From: Octopus sinensis
Taxonomy: Eukaryota
Direction of reading: 5' to 3'
Length of the DNA stretch: 20,828 nt
Assembly: GCF_006345805.1 (NCBI RefSeq)
Contig: NW_021823843.1
Span: forward strand, 1 to 20,828
How positions within the stretch are numbered: position 1 is the first letter of the stretch; every line of letters begins with the position of its first letter. A model generated the notes under the pieces. That model saw only the letters and a list, made by a program, of their open reading frames with translations, had not been told where the DNA came from and ran no database searches. This document shows, piece after piece, positions 1 to 11,256 of this stretch. The position numbers were made by a program, and so were the translations under genes.

Positions 1-298
1 AAGTTAAGTGGGCGGAAAGGAATTAACACTGGTTATCGAGCGATGATGGGGAGAGACACAGACAAAATGACACATAAACACACACACACAGACACATATA
101 CATATATACATATATACACACATATACATAGATATATACATACACACACGCGTGCGCGCATACACACACACGATGGTCTTCCACATAATTTCCGGTCAAC
201 CAAATTCTCTCATAACGCATTGATCGGCCCACCCTGTCACAGGGTGGGAGTGAAACCCGAAACCACGTAGTTGGAAATTGACTTTCTTAAATACGCAG
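1..298 (-). mobile_element. Degenerate tRNA-derived SINE, family A (microsatellite-containing), truncated by the window edge
   Basis: Same order as the better copies at 855-1362 and 8733-9131: tail remnant (GAGCGATGATGGGG..ACACAGAC), (CA/TA)n tract, then head remnant (CAAATT..TTGATCGGCCC..GAAACCCGAAACCACGTAGTTGG). Has an internal deletion. Confidence 0.6.
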
Positions 299-347
299 GC
301 ATTTTTCACTTCTTATTCAGATTTTAGAATTCCAAGAAGACAAAGCT

Positions 348-564
348 TGTGTGTCTGTGTTTGTCCCCCCAACATCGCTTGACAACCGATGCTGATGTGT
401 TTAGGTACCCGTAACCTAGCGGTTCGGCAAAAGTTACCGATAGAATAAGTACTAGGCTTACAATGAATAAGTCCTGGGATCGATTTGCTCGACTAAAGGC
501 TGTGCTCCAGCATGGCTACAGTCAAATGAGTGAAAGAAGTAAAAGAGTAAAGGAGTAAAAGAGT
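348..564 (+). mobile_element. SINE family A, 3' half only
   Basis: TGTGTTTGTCCCCC-ACATCGCTTGACAACCGATGCT...GATAGAATAAGTACTAGGCTTACA..GAATAAGTCCTGGGATCGATTTGCTCGACTAAAGGC.GTGCTCCAGCATGG..CAGTCAAATGA, ending in short AAGAGT repeats. Matches 4009-4214 and 20312-20493. Confidence 0.9.
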
Positions 565-854
565 ATCGTATGTGTGTGTATGTATATATGTATGTATGCA
601 TGAATACATGCATGCGTGTGTGTATGTATATATGTGTATAAATACAAGCTACATCAACAGCGTTTGAATAAAAAGAACGATATTGCATATTGGACTTTAA
701 GAAAGCCTTGTATATTTTTACAGTTTCACTTACAGACTGCATCTGTAAAGTCAGCGTGAACCGGTTTCTTTCTTCCCTCAACAACCTTAGCGTCTTCAGA
801 TTGTCGCATAGGCATTAACAACGAGTGCACCAACGATTATTGCTCTTCTATTAT

Positions 855-1362
<508 letters not shown>

Positions 1363-1666
1363 GGATATCATGTTACAATCATCGTGGAGAAGCTGTAAGT
1401 CTCGAACCAGCTGTCCATGAATATTTCCCTTATCGTTGATCTTGGAAGAATGTTCACATCTGAGGGGTAGCTTGGCTCAACGACCGAACATAGCTGTCTC
1501 TTTTTTTTTCTGCGCGGAGTCTATGAATTTTCTTTACGTTGACACCTATGTATTCCACAGTATAAATGTTGCTTATACTTTTCTATGAGCAGTCTTTCTC
1601 CAAATAGCGTGAGATATTGCTTTAGTAATAACGCCATGTTCCTGTGAGTTGTAAATTTATATACAT

Positions 1667-1925
1667 GCTTGTATGTATGTATGTATGTATGTATGTATGT
1701 ATGTATGTATGTATGTATGTATGTATGTATGTATGTATGTATGTATGCACGTACGTACGTATGCATGTATGTATGTACTATGTATGCATGTATGTATGTG
1801 CGTGCTCGCATACGAACGTACGTATATATGCTTGTGCGTATGTACGTATGCATGTATGAATGTACGTATGCATGTATGAATGTACGTATACATGTATGAA
1901 TGTATGTATGTATGTATATAAGTAC

Positions 1926-1958
<33 letters not shown>

Positions 1959-1959
1959 A

Positions 1960-2007
<48 letters not shown>

Positions 2008-2080
2008 GTATGTCTGTCTGTCTATCTATCTATCTATATGTCTGTCTGTCTATCTGTCTGTCTATCTGTCTGTCTATCTG

Positions 2081-2145
<65 letters not shown>

Positions 2146-2370
2146 ATCTATCTTTATCTATCTATCTTTATCTATCTGTCTGTCTGTCTATGTATCTATC
2201 TGTCTGTCTGTCGTCTGTCTGTCTGTCTATCTATCTCTCTATCTCTCTATCTCTCTATCTATCTGAATAATGACATGCATATATACGTACATACATACAT
2301 ATATACATACATACGCACATAATACATATGCACATACATACATACCTACGCACATACATCAATCTATATG
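1667..2370. repeat. Compound tetranucleotide microsatellite (ATGT)n-(TCTA/TCTG)n-(ATAC)n
   Basis: Directly visible; produces the spurious MYVC/SIYL ORFs. Confidence 0.97.
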
Positions 2371-2930
2371 TATATATTAACTTGCGAGAACGTCAGTGAA
2401 GTCACGTCAGCTCGTCGCCGGTGCTTAGAAATACGGTGCATTATGAATATATTAAGTCCTAACAACAGTTTATTGAGCCACCAATGGCAAAAGCGAATCA
2501 TAAAGAAACAAGACATCGGGACATTGAACGAAAATGTCACCATGTACAGACTTCGACACAACACGCTACACAATATATCATTACTTGCACGATATAGTAG
2601 CATTCTAATAACAGAAGGTATTTTTATTCTGTAGTCTATGAGCGAGTTTATGAGGCTAGACACATACATACGAATGCACACGCACACTCACACATACAAG
2701 CGCGCATTTGCACACACTCAGGCAGTCATTGTAGTAATGGAAAGAATGGATTTACTCGTTGTAGTTTGTTAAACTAATTAACTTTATCTCACTTACGTAT
2801 TCAATTAGGGGTATTTTAGAGGTGAGCAAGTAAGAGAGACATTCCTGCTACATAAGATAGCTAAACTCTTGTCGAATCACAAGCTACTATCATAAAGAAT
2901 GAACGCCATTTTGCCTAATTGTAATGGTGG

Positions 2931-2976
2931 TATTATCTGAAGAGGTGGAATGTTATGGCTGAAACGCGTTGGTTAC
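2931..2976 (+). ncRNA. Weak, degenerate hammerhead-like motif
   Basis: CTGAAGA (2937-2943) ... GAAAC-GC-GTT (2961-2970) with the perfect palindrome AACGCGTT. Stems I and II pair poorly. Confidence 0.25.
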
Positions 2977-3004
2977 AACCAGGACATTACATACACCAGT
3001 ACAC

Positions 3005-3250
3005 ATAAGTGCATACATACATACATACATACATACATACATACATACATACATACATACATACATACATACGTACGTGCATACATACAAGTCTGTAAAA
3101 CTTTCCAGAAGTATATCATTTAAATATATATGAGCATATCTTGATATGTAACTATATGCATGAGAATACATACATAAAAGATATAAATCTGCCCATACAT
3201 ACATGCATACATACATACATACAAACATACGTACGTACATACATACGTAC
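3005..3250. repeat. (ATAC)n microsatellite tracts
   Basis: Directly visible. Confidence 0.9.
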
Positions 3251-3582
3251 AAACAAAAATACCCTGTTGTTGATGTTGAAATTCCAATAAAGGAACCTTG
3301 GATCTAGGTTAGAAACCGGTTCTTTCTCTAGTGGCAAAAAATCTTGAAATAAACTGAATAATGGTAAACATACATATGCACATACATATATACATACATA
3401 CGCACATACGTACGGCAGTACTATTTTGTGACTCACATTGTAGAAAAATTTGGAAGGAAATACGAATTCACTCGTGTATACAAATGTGGATATGCTGATT
3501 AGCTTTTATATTTTTCGATGTCGCTTGGTCGGAAATATAAGGGGTAAATTTTCCTAGCATTTCTAGATTTATTTATCGAAAT

Positions 3583-3641
3583 ATTATGTCGATGAAGGAA
3601 ATGAATCTTATGATTCTAATCCAGAAACTTACGTCCATAAT
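3583..3641 (+). ncRNA. Minimal type I hammerhead ribozyme, variant and mutated core (family H2)
   Basis: Stem I ATTATG(3583-88)/CATAAT(3636-41); core TCGATGA (CT swapped to TC); A-GGA..TCC-A enclosing a GAATC/GATTC hairpin; GAAAC-TTAC-GTC with the predicted site after 3635. Confidence 0.6.
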
Positions 3642-3952
3642 TAATCGAAGACTGTGTGATTTCATTATTTTTCTTCTTTTTTTTTTGCCATACGTGAGTT
3701 AAAAATTATTGTTGTCTGTGGAGACATATTTTTGTAGAAAAAGGAAATAGTAGTCCTTTAGCTGCTATTTCTAAAATTTTCGGTTTGTGGTCAAGCAACT
3801 TGTTGCAAAACCCTTATTGTTATAATTATATATAAAAAAACTTTTTGTATAAGTTTTTACCGAATATGGTCCTTTTCCATACCGAAATACTACTAGGTGA
3901 AATTTGTTAATTTTATTAAATTAAATAACTTTCACCCTATATCTGTAATGAT

Positions 3953-3983
<31 letters not shown>

Positions 3984-4008
3984 CATGTGTGTGTGTGTAT
4001 GTATGTTT

Positions 4009-4214
4009 GTGTGTCTGTGTTTGTTCCCCCAGCATCGCTTGACAGCCGATGCGGGTGTGTTTACGTCCCCATAACTTAGCGGTTCGGCCAAAGGGACCGA
4101 TAGAACAAGTACTAGACTTACAAAGAATAAATCCTTGGGTCGATTTGGTCGACTAAAGGCGGTGCTCCAGCATGGTCACAGTCAAATGAGTGAAATAAAT
4201 AAGAGTAAAGAGTA
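4009..4214 (+). mobile_element. SINE family A, 3' half only
   Basis: Matches 348-564; preceded by a (TA)n(TG)n tract at about 3950-4010. Confidence 0.9.
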
Positions 4215-4311
4215 ACGAATATATAGAAAGAATACCGGAAAGGATATTCTCCGACGCTCTAAAAATTCTGCTAGCTCAAGCGCTGCCACAATATGGCCAC
4301 TAATATTTTGG

Positions 4312-4519
4312 TTTTAAATTTTGGCACAAGGCCAGCAATTTCGGAGAAGGAGTAAAACGATTACGTCGACCCCAGTGTTGAACTGGTATTATTTTATCGA
4401 CCCCAAAAGGATGAAAGGCAAAGTCGACATAGGCGGAATTTGAACTCAGAAAGTAAAGACGAATAAAATGCCGCTGAGTGTTTTGCCCGGCGCAGTAACG
4501 TTTCTGTCAGCTCACCGCT
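4312..4519 (-). mobile_element. tRNA-derived SINE, family B (tail variant 1)
   Basis: Reverse strand reads GCGGTGAGCTGACAGAAACGTTA..GCCGGGCAAAA..TTCTGAGTTCAAATTCCGCC (B-box-like)..GTCGACTTTGCCTTTCATCC..GGGGTCGATAAAAT. Homologous to 4553-4783. Confidence 0.88.
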
Positions 4520-4552
4520 TTACATGGCGACAAATATTACGAAGTCTTAGGA

Positions 4553-5028
4553 GGCAGCGAGCTGGTAGAATCGCTAGGACGCCGGGCGAAGTGCTCGGTG
4601 GCATTTCTTCTGTCTTTGTGTTCTGAGTTCAAATTTCTCCGAGGTCGACTTTGCCTTTCATTCTTTCGGGGTCGATAAATTAAGTACCAGTTACGCACTG
4701 GGGTCGATGTAATCGACTTAATCCCGTTGTCTGTCCTTGTTTGTCCCCTCTATGTTTAGCCCCTTGTAGGTAGAAAGAAATAGGTATTTCATCTGCCGCT
4801 ACATTCTGAGTTCAAATTTCTCCGCGGTCGACTTTGCCTTTCATCCTTTCGGGGTCGATAAATTAAGTACCAGTTACGCACTGGGGTCGATGTAATCGAC
4901 TTAATCCGTTGTCTGTCCTTGTTTCTCCCCTCTGTGTTTAGCCCCTTATGGGCAATAAAGAAATAAGAATCGTTAGGACACTGAGCAAAGTGCTTTGCAG
5001 CATTTATTCTGTCTTTACGTTCTGAGTT
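4553..5028 (+). mobile_element. SINE family B (tail variant 2), partial tandem array of about 2.3 units
   Basis: Head GGCAGCGAGCTGGTAGAATCG; TTCTGAGTT recurs at 4621, 4804 and 5020; bodies at 4621-4783 and 4804-4966 are near identical. Confidence 0.9.
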
Positions 5029-6540
5029 ACCATCACTACATATCGACTAACTACACTGCCATCATCATCACCGCTATCATCAGCACCATCACCTCTACTA
5101 CCCACCACCACGACCACGACCACGACCACCACCACGACCACCACCATCACCACTATCGCCTCCATCACCACTACCATCACCATCATCACCAATACCACCA
5201 CCTCCATCACCACTACCACTATCACCACAACCACCATCATCACCACTACTACTACAACTACCACTATCATCACCACCATCAACAGTACCACCATCACCAC
5301 TACCACCACCACCATCACCACTACCTCCATCACTACCATTACCACTTCCACCATCATCACCACCACCACCACCACAATCACCACCACCTCCTACATCACC
5401 ACTATCATCACCACCATCACCACAATCACCACAACCACTACCATCACCACCATCATCAGTACCACCACCACCACCACCACCACCACTACTACCACCACTA
5501 CCTCTACCATCACCACCATAAACAGTACCACCACAAAAACCACCACCACTACCACTACCATCACCACCATCATTAGTGCCGCCACAAAAACCACCACCAC
5601 TAACACTAATCTCAGGACGTTGATGACGACATCGATGGTTAACCTCACGACGTGCAACACCGCCATGACTGTCACTAACAGAGTCACTAATATCTCCAAT
5701 GTTACTACTTATATGACCAATAGCTCCCACTTATTACTCTGTCCCATGCGCTCCCTTTGCCCAATCGCGAACACCACCAGAATCGACCACTATCACCACA
5801 ACCATCTTGACCTTTACCACCGCCAATGCCACGACTAATAAATAGTATTATCAGCTATAAACCTACCAATTCCATTGCGTTACTACCACCACCGCCACCA
5901 GCACTATCATCACCACCAGCACTACCGCCACCACCAGCACTATCACCATCAATACCACCAGCATCACCACCACCACCACCACCACCACCACCACTACCAC
6001 CACAACCACCAGCACTAGCATCAACACCATGACTACCAGCACCACCAGCACCAGCACCACCAGCACTACCACCACAGCCATCAGTACCACCACCACCACC
6101 AGCACTACCGCCACCACCAGCACTACCGCCACTAGCACTACCACCAGCACTACCACCACAACCAGGACTACCACCACCAGCTCTTCAACCCCCCCCCCCC
6201 CCACCAGCTCTTCCCGCCGCCACCTGCACTCCCACCACAAGTAACCCCCCATCTCTACCAGCACCAGCACCACCAGCACCACCAGCACCACCACAACCAG
6301 CACTACAACCACCAGCACTACAACCACCACCACCACCAACACCGCAAGTACCAGCACCACCACCTCCAACATCAACTCACATTAATCACTACTCTCATAA
6401 CCACCTCTCCACCAACACCATCTCGACAATGGTCCTTATAACTCCACCACCACGAATAGGGACACTACCCTCGCACTCCTACCAGCACCACATACAGAAG
6501 TAGCAACAACAACAACAACAACAACAACAGCAACAACAGT
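5029..6540. repeat. Degenerate trinucleotide low-complexity block (CAC/CAT/TAC)n, (ACC/AGC)n, (AAC)n
   Basis: Directly visible; gives homopolymeric His/Val/Gly/Thr/Pro ORFs in several frames on both strands. Confidence 0.95.
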
Positions 6541-7079
6541 AGCATTAGAAGCAGGCTTAACTAGAAATCGTAAGTGTTGGTGAATGGCCAAAACTCAACT
6601 TTGTTTCACGTTTCATTTCGGCGTGGTAACATGCAGAATCAAGTCGGTGGAGACGATGGTAGTTTGGTAGTTGTATGGTGATGATGGTGACGGTGGCGGT
6701 GGGGTTATGACCGGCGGCATCAATAGGTGATCGACATAATAGAAGCCGAGGCACACTACCGCACACAATGCTGCACCACCCAGAGTTTCTCGTTTCATTC
6801 CACGTCTAAAATAAACAAAAGGATGATATCGGCTTGTGTCTGACGGGGAGGTGAATTGAACAAAAACAAAAAGAACAAAGAGATTCGAATATTAAGTGGA
6901 TAATTTAGAACCAATACGAAGTTTCCAGGGTGTGTATGTGAATGTGTGTGCATGCCTATGTGTATGTTTGTACGTTTGTACTTGCTTGTGTGAGTATATG
7001 TATGTGTGCATATTGTGTCATAAGTAGGTGGATAAATTTAATAATTTATTACGATTGCTGCTGACAGCGTTGGAAATAT

Positions 7080-7406
7080 AAATGCGTATGTATATATACA
7101 TATGTAGTATATTTATTGCTATATAATATATATATATGTGTGTGTGTATGTGTGTGAGCGTATGCCAGTCAATGTGTATATAGGAATGCACACACACGCG
7201 TACACAAGTGCCCACGTAATGTAAGCATACATACATAAATGATATTATAAATTGATATATATTTATATATATTCATACGTATACATACATATATATTTAT
7301 ATGTATAAGTATTATATATATATGCATATTTATATATATATACATACATACAATATATATACATGCATACATATATATATACATGCATACATAATGCATA
7401 CATACA

Positions 7407-7477
<71 letters not shown>

Positions 7478-7596
7478 GTGTTTACAATCACCGTACATTT
7501 GGACATGAAAGATAGTTATAAAAGCAAAATCGAAATACAAGTGAGCAAGCGAGCGATGAAGAGGGGGAGAGAGAAAAAGAGAAAGAGAGAGAAAGG

Positions 7597-7627
<31 letters not shown>

Positions 7628-7690
7628 GGGGGGGGAGAGAGGGATGTGAGATTGGGGGGAGAAAGGAAGGGGAGAAAAGAGAGGGAGATA
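7080..7690. repeat. (TA)n/(ATAC)n tract followed by a (GA)n purine tract (about 7555-7690)
   Basis: Directly visible. Confidence 0.92.
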
Positions 7691-8254
7691 GAAATAATGT
7701 CATTGATGAGTGAGAAGAAGGGCGACGTTGTGTTGTGCACAATTAAGAGCTTCTATTAAGGATTTCTATTGTACAACAGTTTGGTGTTTTTACCCTCTCT
7801 TTTGTATAAACCTAGTTTGATTTATTTCTATTTTGGCCACGAATCTGTGATGCTTTTTAAAAATAATAATAAGGAAATATAGACATGAAAACACATCACA
7901 AACTGCTAAAACACGCGTATGTCTGTCTGTGTGTTTATGTATGTGCGGTTTTATTGAGGATTGACTCTAGTTTATCCTCATCAAACCAGCGCAAAGGAAA
8001 AAACAAAAAAATACAAAATATATATATTTTGTGTTATTTATTTAGAAATTGATTCGACAAAAATTACAAACAAAAACAAATAGATAAAATTAGTACCAGT
8101 CGTTTTAGAAAATAGACAGAAATCAGTGTGTGTGTGTATTTTATATCTTTTTAATGATTTTACATCAGAAAATTTTGGTGAACAAAATAATAAAGTGTTT
8201 TATTATATTAGAATTTTACAGGCTACAATCAATGGACAGTGGTCTTGCTAGGAT

Positions 8255-8340
8255 ACCACCTTCGTAGGGTTTAGTCGATTATTATCGACCCTATGGCGTT
8301 CTGTCTGGTACTTAATTTATTGAAAGTCAAAGTCGAACGG
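8255..8340 (-). mobile_element. Decayed SINE family B fragment
   Basis: TAGTCGATTATTATCGACCC..CTGGTACTTAATTTATTGA..CAAAGTCGA matches the reverse complement of the family B body. Confidence 0.55.
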
Positions 8341-8390
8341 GTGTGGAGGGACGTAGCTGCGATGGTGCTGATTTTCATGAATTTTCTTTC

Positions 8391-8435
<45 letters not shown>

Positions 8436-8589
8436 ATTAATTTTTAATTATTTTTTTCGCGTATTGTTTCCGAAAAAACCCCAAAAGACAAGAAAATATC
8501 GACTACAAAGCTTATAGTAGAAGACAAACACATTTCCTTAAAGTTTCATGTAGTTGAAAACAACGAGTGATGATCCACGTACTACGAAG

Positions 8590-8591
8590 TG

Positions 8592-8628
<37 letters not shown>

Positions 8629-8645
8629 TATACATATATCATATA

Positions 8646-8714
<69 letters not shown>

Positions 8715-8732
8715 ATATGTGTGTGTGTGTGT
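8590..8732. repeat. (TA)n/(TG)n microsatellite
   Basis: Directly visible. Confidence 0.95.
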
Positions 8733-9131
8733 GTTTCAGTCATTTGACTGTGGCCATGCTGGAGCACCGCCTTTTAGTCGAGCAAATCGATCCCAGGACT
8801 TATTCTTTGTAAGCCCAGTACTTATTCTATCGGTCTCTTTTTGCCAAACCGCTAAGTTACGGGGACCTAAACACACAAGCATCGGTTGTCAAGCGATGTT
8901 GGGGGAGGGGACAAACACAGACACACAAACACATGCACACATACATATATGTATATACATATATACGACGGGCTTCTTTCAGTTTCCGCCAATCAAATCC
9001 ACTCACAAGGCTTTGGTCGGCCCGAGGCTATAGTAGAAGACACTTGCCCAAGGTGCCCCGCAGTGGGATTGAACCCGGAACAATGTGGTTCGTAAGCAAG
9101 CTACTTACCACACAGCCACTCCTACGACTAT
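8733..9131 (-). mobile_element. SINE family A, full length, short internal microsatellite
   Basis: Best-preserved copy. Reverse strand has A-box TGGCTGTGTGG, B-box GGTTCAATCC, CCTTGGGCAAGTGTCTTCTACTATAGCC, a (TA/TG)n spacer (about 8920-8965) and the tail CGGTGCTCCAGCATGGCCACAGTCAAATGACTGAAAC. Confidence 0.95.
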
Positions 9132-9144
9132 ATATATAACTTTT

Positions 9145-9452
9145 TTATAGCGTAAAGTTTATTTGCCGATGTAAAGTGGAAGTCCTGGTAAGGACGATTT
9201 TTACTGTTATTTAGCCACAGGAAAATATCTTTCCCCAGTTGGCTATCGACGCACTAACTGCGTCCTTATATTTTGGAACAAGGGAACTTTGAGCTGCGTG
9301 AGGACACTATCCCCTTTGTTCGAAAATATAAGTACGTAGCTAGTGCGTCGATAGCCAGCTGGGGAAAGATATTTTCCTGTGGCTAAATAACAGTAACATT
9401 CGTCCTAACTAGGACTACCACTTAACGTTGGCAAATAAACTTTACTCTATAA
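9145..9452. mobile_element. Foldback MITE, about 140-bp arms
   Basis: Arms about 9145-9285 and 9310-9452; the 38-bp core at 9201-9238 is the exact reverse complement of 9359-9396. Ends TTATAG..CTATAA are compatible with a TA TSD. Confidence 0.85.
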
Positions 9453-9569
9453 TACTGTTGTATCATTCTGTAATACATGTTTCTCGTTCAGAGATTTAGA
9501 ACTAATAGTTTTTCTATTTATCTTTTTTATATTGTACATTTAACTTGTTTAAGTTATTAGACTGCGGAG

Positions 9570-9613
9570 GGCGGCGAGCTAGCAGAACCGTTAGCACACC
9601 GGGCAAAATGCTT
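9570..9613 (+). mobile_element. SINE family B, head only
   Basis: GGCGGCGAGCTAGCAGAACCGTTAGCACACCGGGCAAAATGCTT, then a T-run. Confidence 0.75.
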
Positions 9614-9697
9614 CTTTTTTTTTTACAAAACTGTCCGACGAACGGGAACGTGAGTAACAACTTTTTGCTATATTTCTGCTGCTTTTAAATAAAGTAT

Positions 9698-9734
9698 CTA
9701 TATATATGTATGTATGTATATATATGTATGTAAT

Positions 9735-9783
<49 letters not shown>

Positions 9784-9804
9784 ATATATATGTATATATA
9801 TATG

Positions 9805-9839
<35 letters not shown>

Positions 9840-9840
9840 T
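9698..9840. repeat. (TA)n/(TATG)n microsatellite
   Basis: Directly visible. Confidence 0.95.
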
Positions 9841-9946
9841 TTTGAATTCGTTGGTACTGGCGGCCGGATATGGTTTGTCTGGGATTACTCATACCAGACG
9901 GGTATGTTCGATTTTTAGTGCTCTCAAATCCAAATCAAAAGAAATC

Positions 9947-10011
9947 TTTGAGCTGACGAAGGAAATGTTGATCTTTATATTCAACTAATCCAGAAACAGG
10001 CCGTTCTCAGG
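9947..10011 (+). ncRNA. Minimal type I hammerhead ribozyme, variant core (family H2)
   Basis: Stem I TTTGAG(9947-52)/CTCAGG(10006-11); CTGACGA (9953-59); A-GGA..TCC-A enclosing a GTTGA/TCAAC hairpin; GAAAC-AGGCC-GTT with the predicted site after 10005. Downstream similarity to the 3583 copy extends to about 10122. Confidence 0.7.
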
Positions 10012-10153
10012 TAATCTTATACACGTGTGATCTTTCATTATTTTTCCCTCTATACCTGTGTGAGTTATTTTTGAGTATGCATTGTCTGGGAGATTTTTCT
10101 TACAGTAGAAGAAATAGAAGTAAATTATTTTAATGAACCCTATTTTTATAACG

Positions 10154-10390
<237 letters not shown>

Positions 10391-10887
10391 ATAATGGTTA
10401 GCTTCTCTTAGGGTGATGAAGATGAAGATGGGACGACGTGTATGGCGGCGGGAAGAGAATCAACAAAGGGTTTCAGCTATATTACGAAAGTGAGAAGCAC
10501 GTTTAGAGAGATGAACAAAAGTATTCAGAAAATGTTGGAGGAATTAGGAATATCGAATGATTCGTCGAAGAGTAATGTGGATTAGAGCTGAGAAAACAAG
10601 GCAAGGGAGACGATGAACATTTTCGACACGGATACAGGTAGTATTGACTATTGTTCGAATCTCCCGGAATTTTAGTAATTCGTCATATATATTTTAGTAA
10701 CGGATCATACACTGAGCAGGGTTCAAATTCAGAACAATAGTGTAGGCGGGTGGAGTGAGTGAAGGATGTGATGAAACAGAAAGGAAATAAAAAATGTTGA
10801 AGTGAGCTATCAGCGATCTAGAATCACGTATTGAGTTCAATAGTTAGATTAGAATCGCTAAGACACATCTCATGTACCTCTATTTTT

Positions 10888-11256
10888 ATCTTTTACTTGT
10901 TACAATCATTAGACTGTGACAATGCCGGGGTACCGACTTGAAGGGTTGAATCAAACAAATATATTTCGATATTTATTTTTTCTAAACCTGGTACTTATTC
11001 TATCAGTCTCACGAATTGTCAGGTGGTGGTAAGGGAAAAACACAGACACACAGACACAGACACACAAACACAGACATACACACACATACACGACGGACTT
11101 ATTTCCCTTTCTGTCTATGAAATCCATTCGCTAGACATTGGTCGGCAGAGGTGGTATAGTAGAAGGCAGTTGCCCAAGTTGCCACGCAGTGGGGCTGAAC
11201 CCAATACCATGTTGTTGAGAAGCAAACTATTTACAGCACAGCCTCAACTGCGCCTA
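10888..11256 (-). mobile_element. Old, diverged SINE family A copy
   Basis: GGTACTTATTCTATC..(CA-rich)..CGACGGACTT..TTGGTCGGC..TATAGTAGAAG..TTGCCCAAG.TGCCACGCAGTGGGGCTGAACCC..GCGCCTA. Confidence 0.8.

Noticed and set aside
758-806. Minus-strand CTGAAGA ... GAAACCGGTT hammerhead-like motif
   Set aside because: The palindrome is present, but neither stem I nor stem II can form.
1521-2322. Overlapping MYVC/SIYL ORFs (and similar ORFs elsewhere in the track)
   Set aside because: Tetranucleotide and dinucleotide microsatellite artefacts.
2368-2687. 88-aa and 107-aa non-repetitive ORFs on opposite strands
   Set aside because: No recognisable motif, both start in microsatellite, and there is no splice or coding support.
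3283-3326. AACCT/AGGTT hairpin followed by AGAAACCGGTT
   Set aside because: Resembles the 3' half of an HHR, but there is no CUGANGA (reads CCAATAA) and stem I does not register. Revisit only if a family consensus restores the core.
4553-5028. CRISPR-like or prokaryotic repeat array
   Set aside because: The repeats are long SINE bodies without unique spacers, in clearly eukaryotic context.
4995-6375. Long His-, Val-, Gly-, Thr- and Pro-rich ORFs (up to 210 aa)
   Set aside because: Translations of (CAC/ACC)n repeats that are open in several frames on both strands, with no domain signal. The CTGATGA matches on the minus strand here lack GAAA and stems.
6603-6799. 15-bp direct repeat GTTTC(A/T)CGTTTCATT
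   Set aside because: Short and low in complexity; no element is recognisable between the copies.
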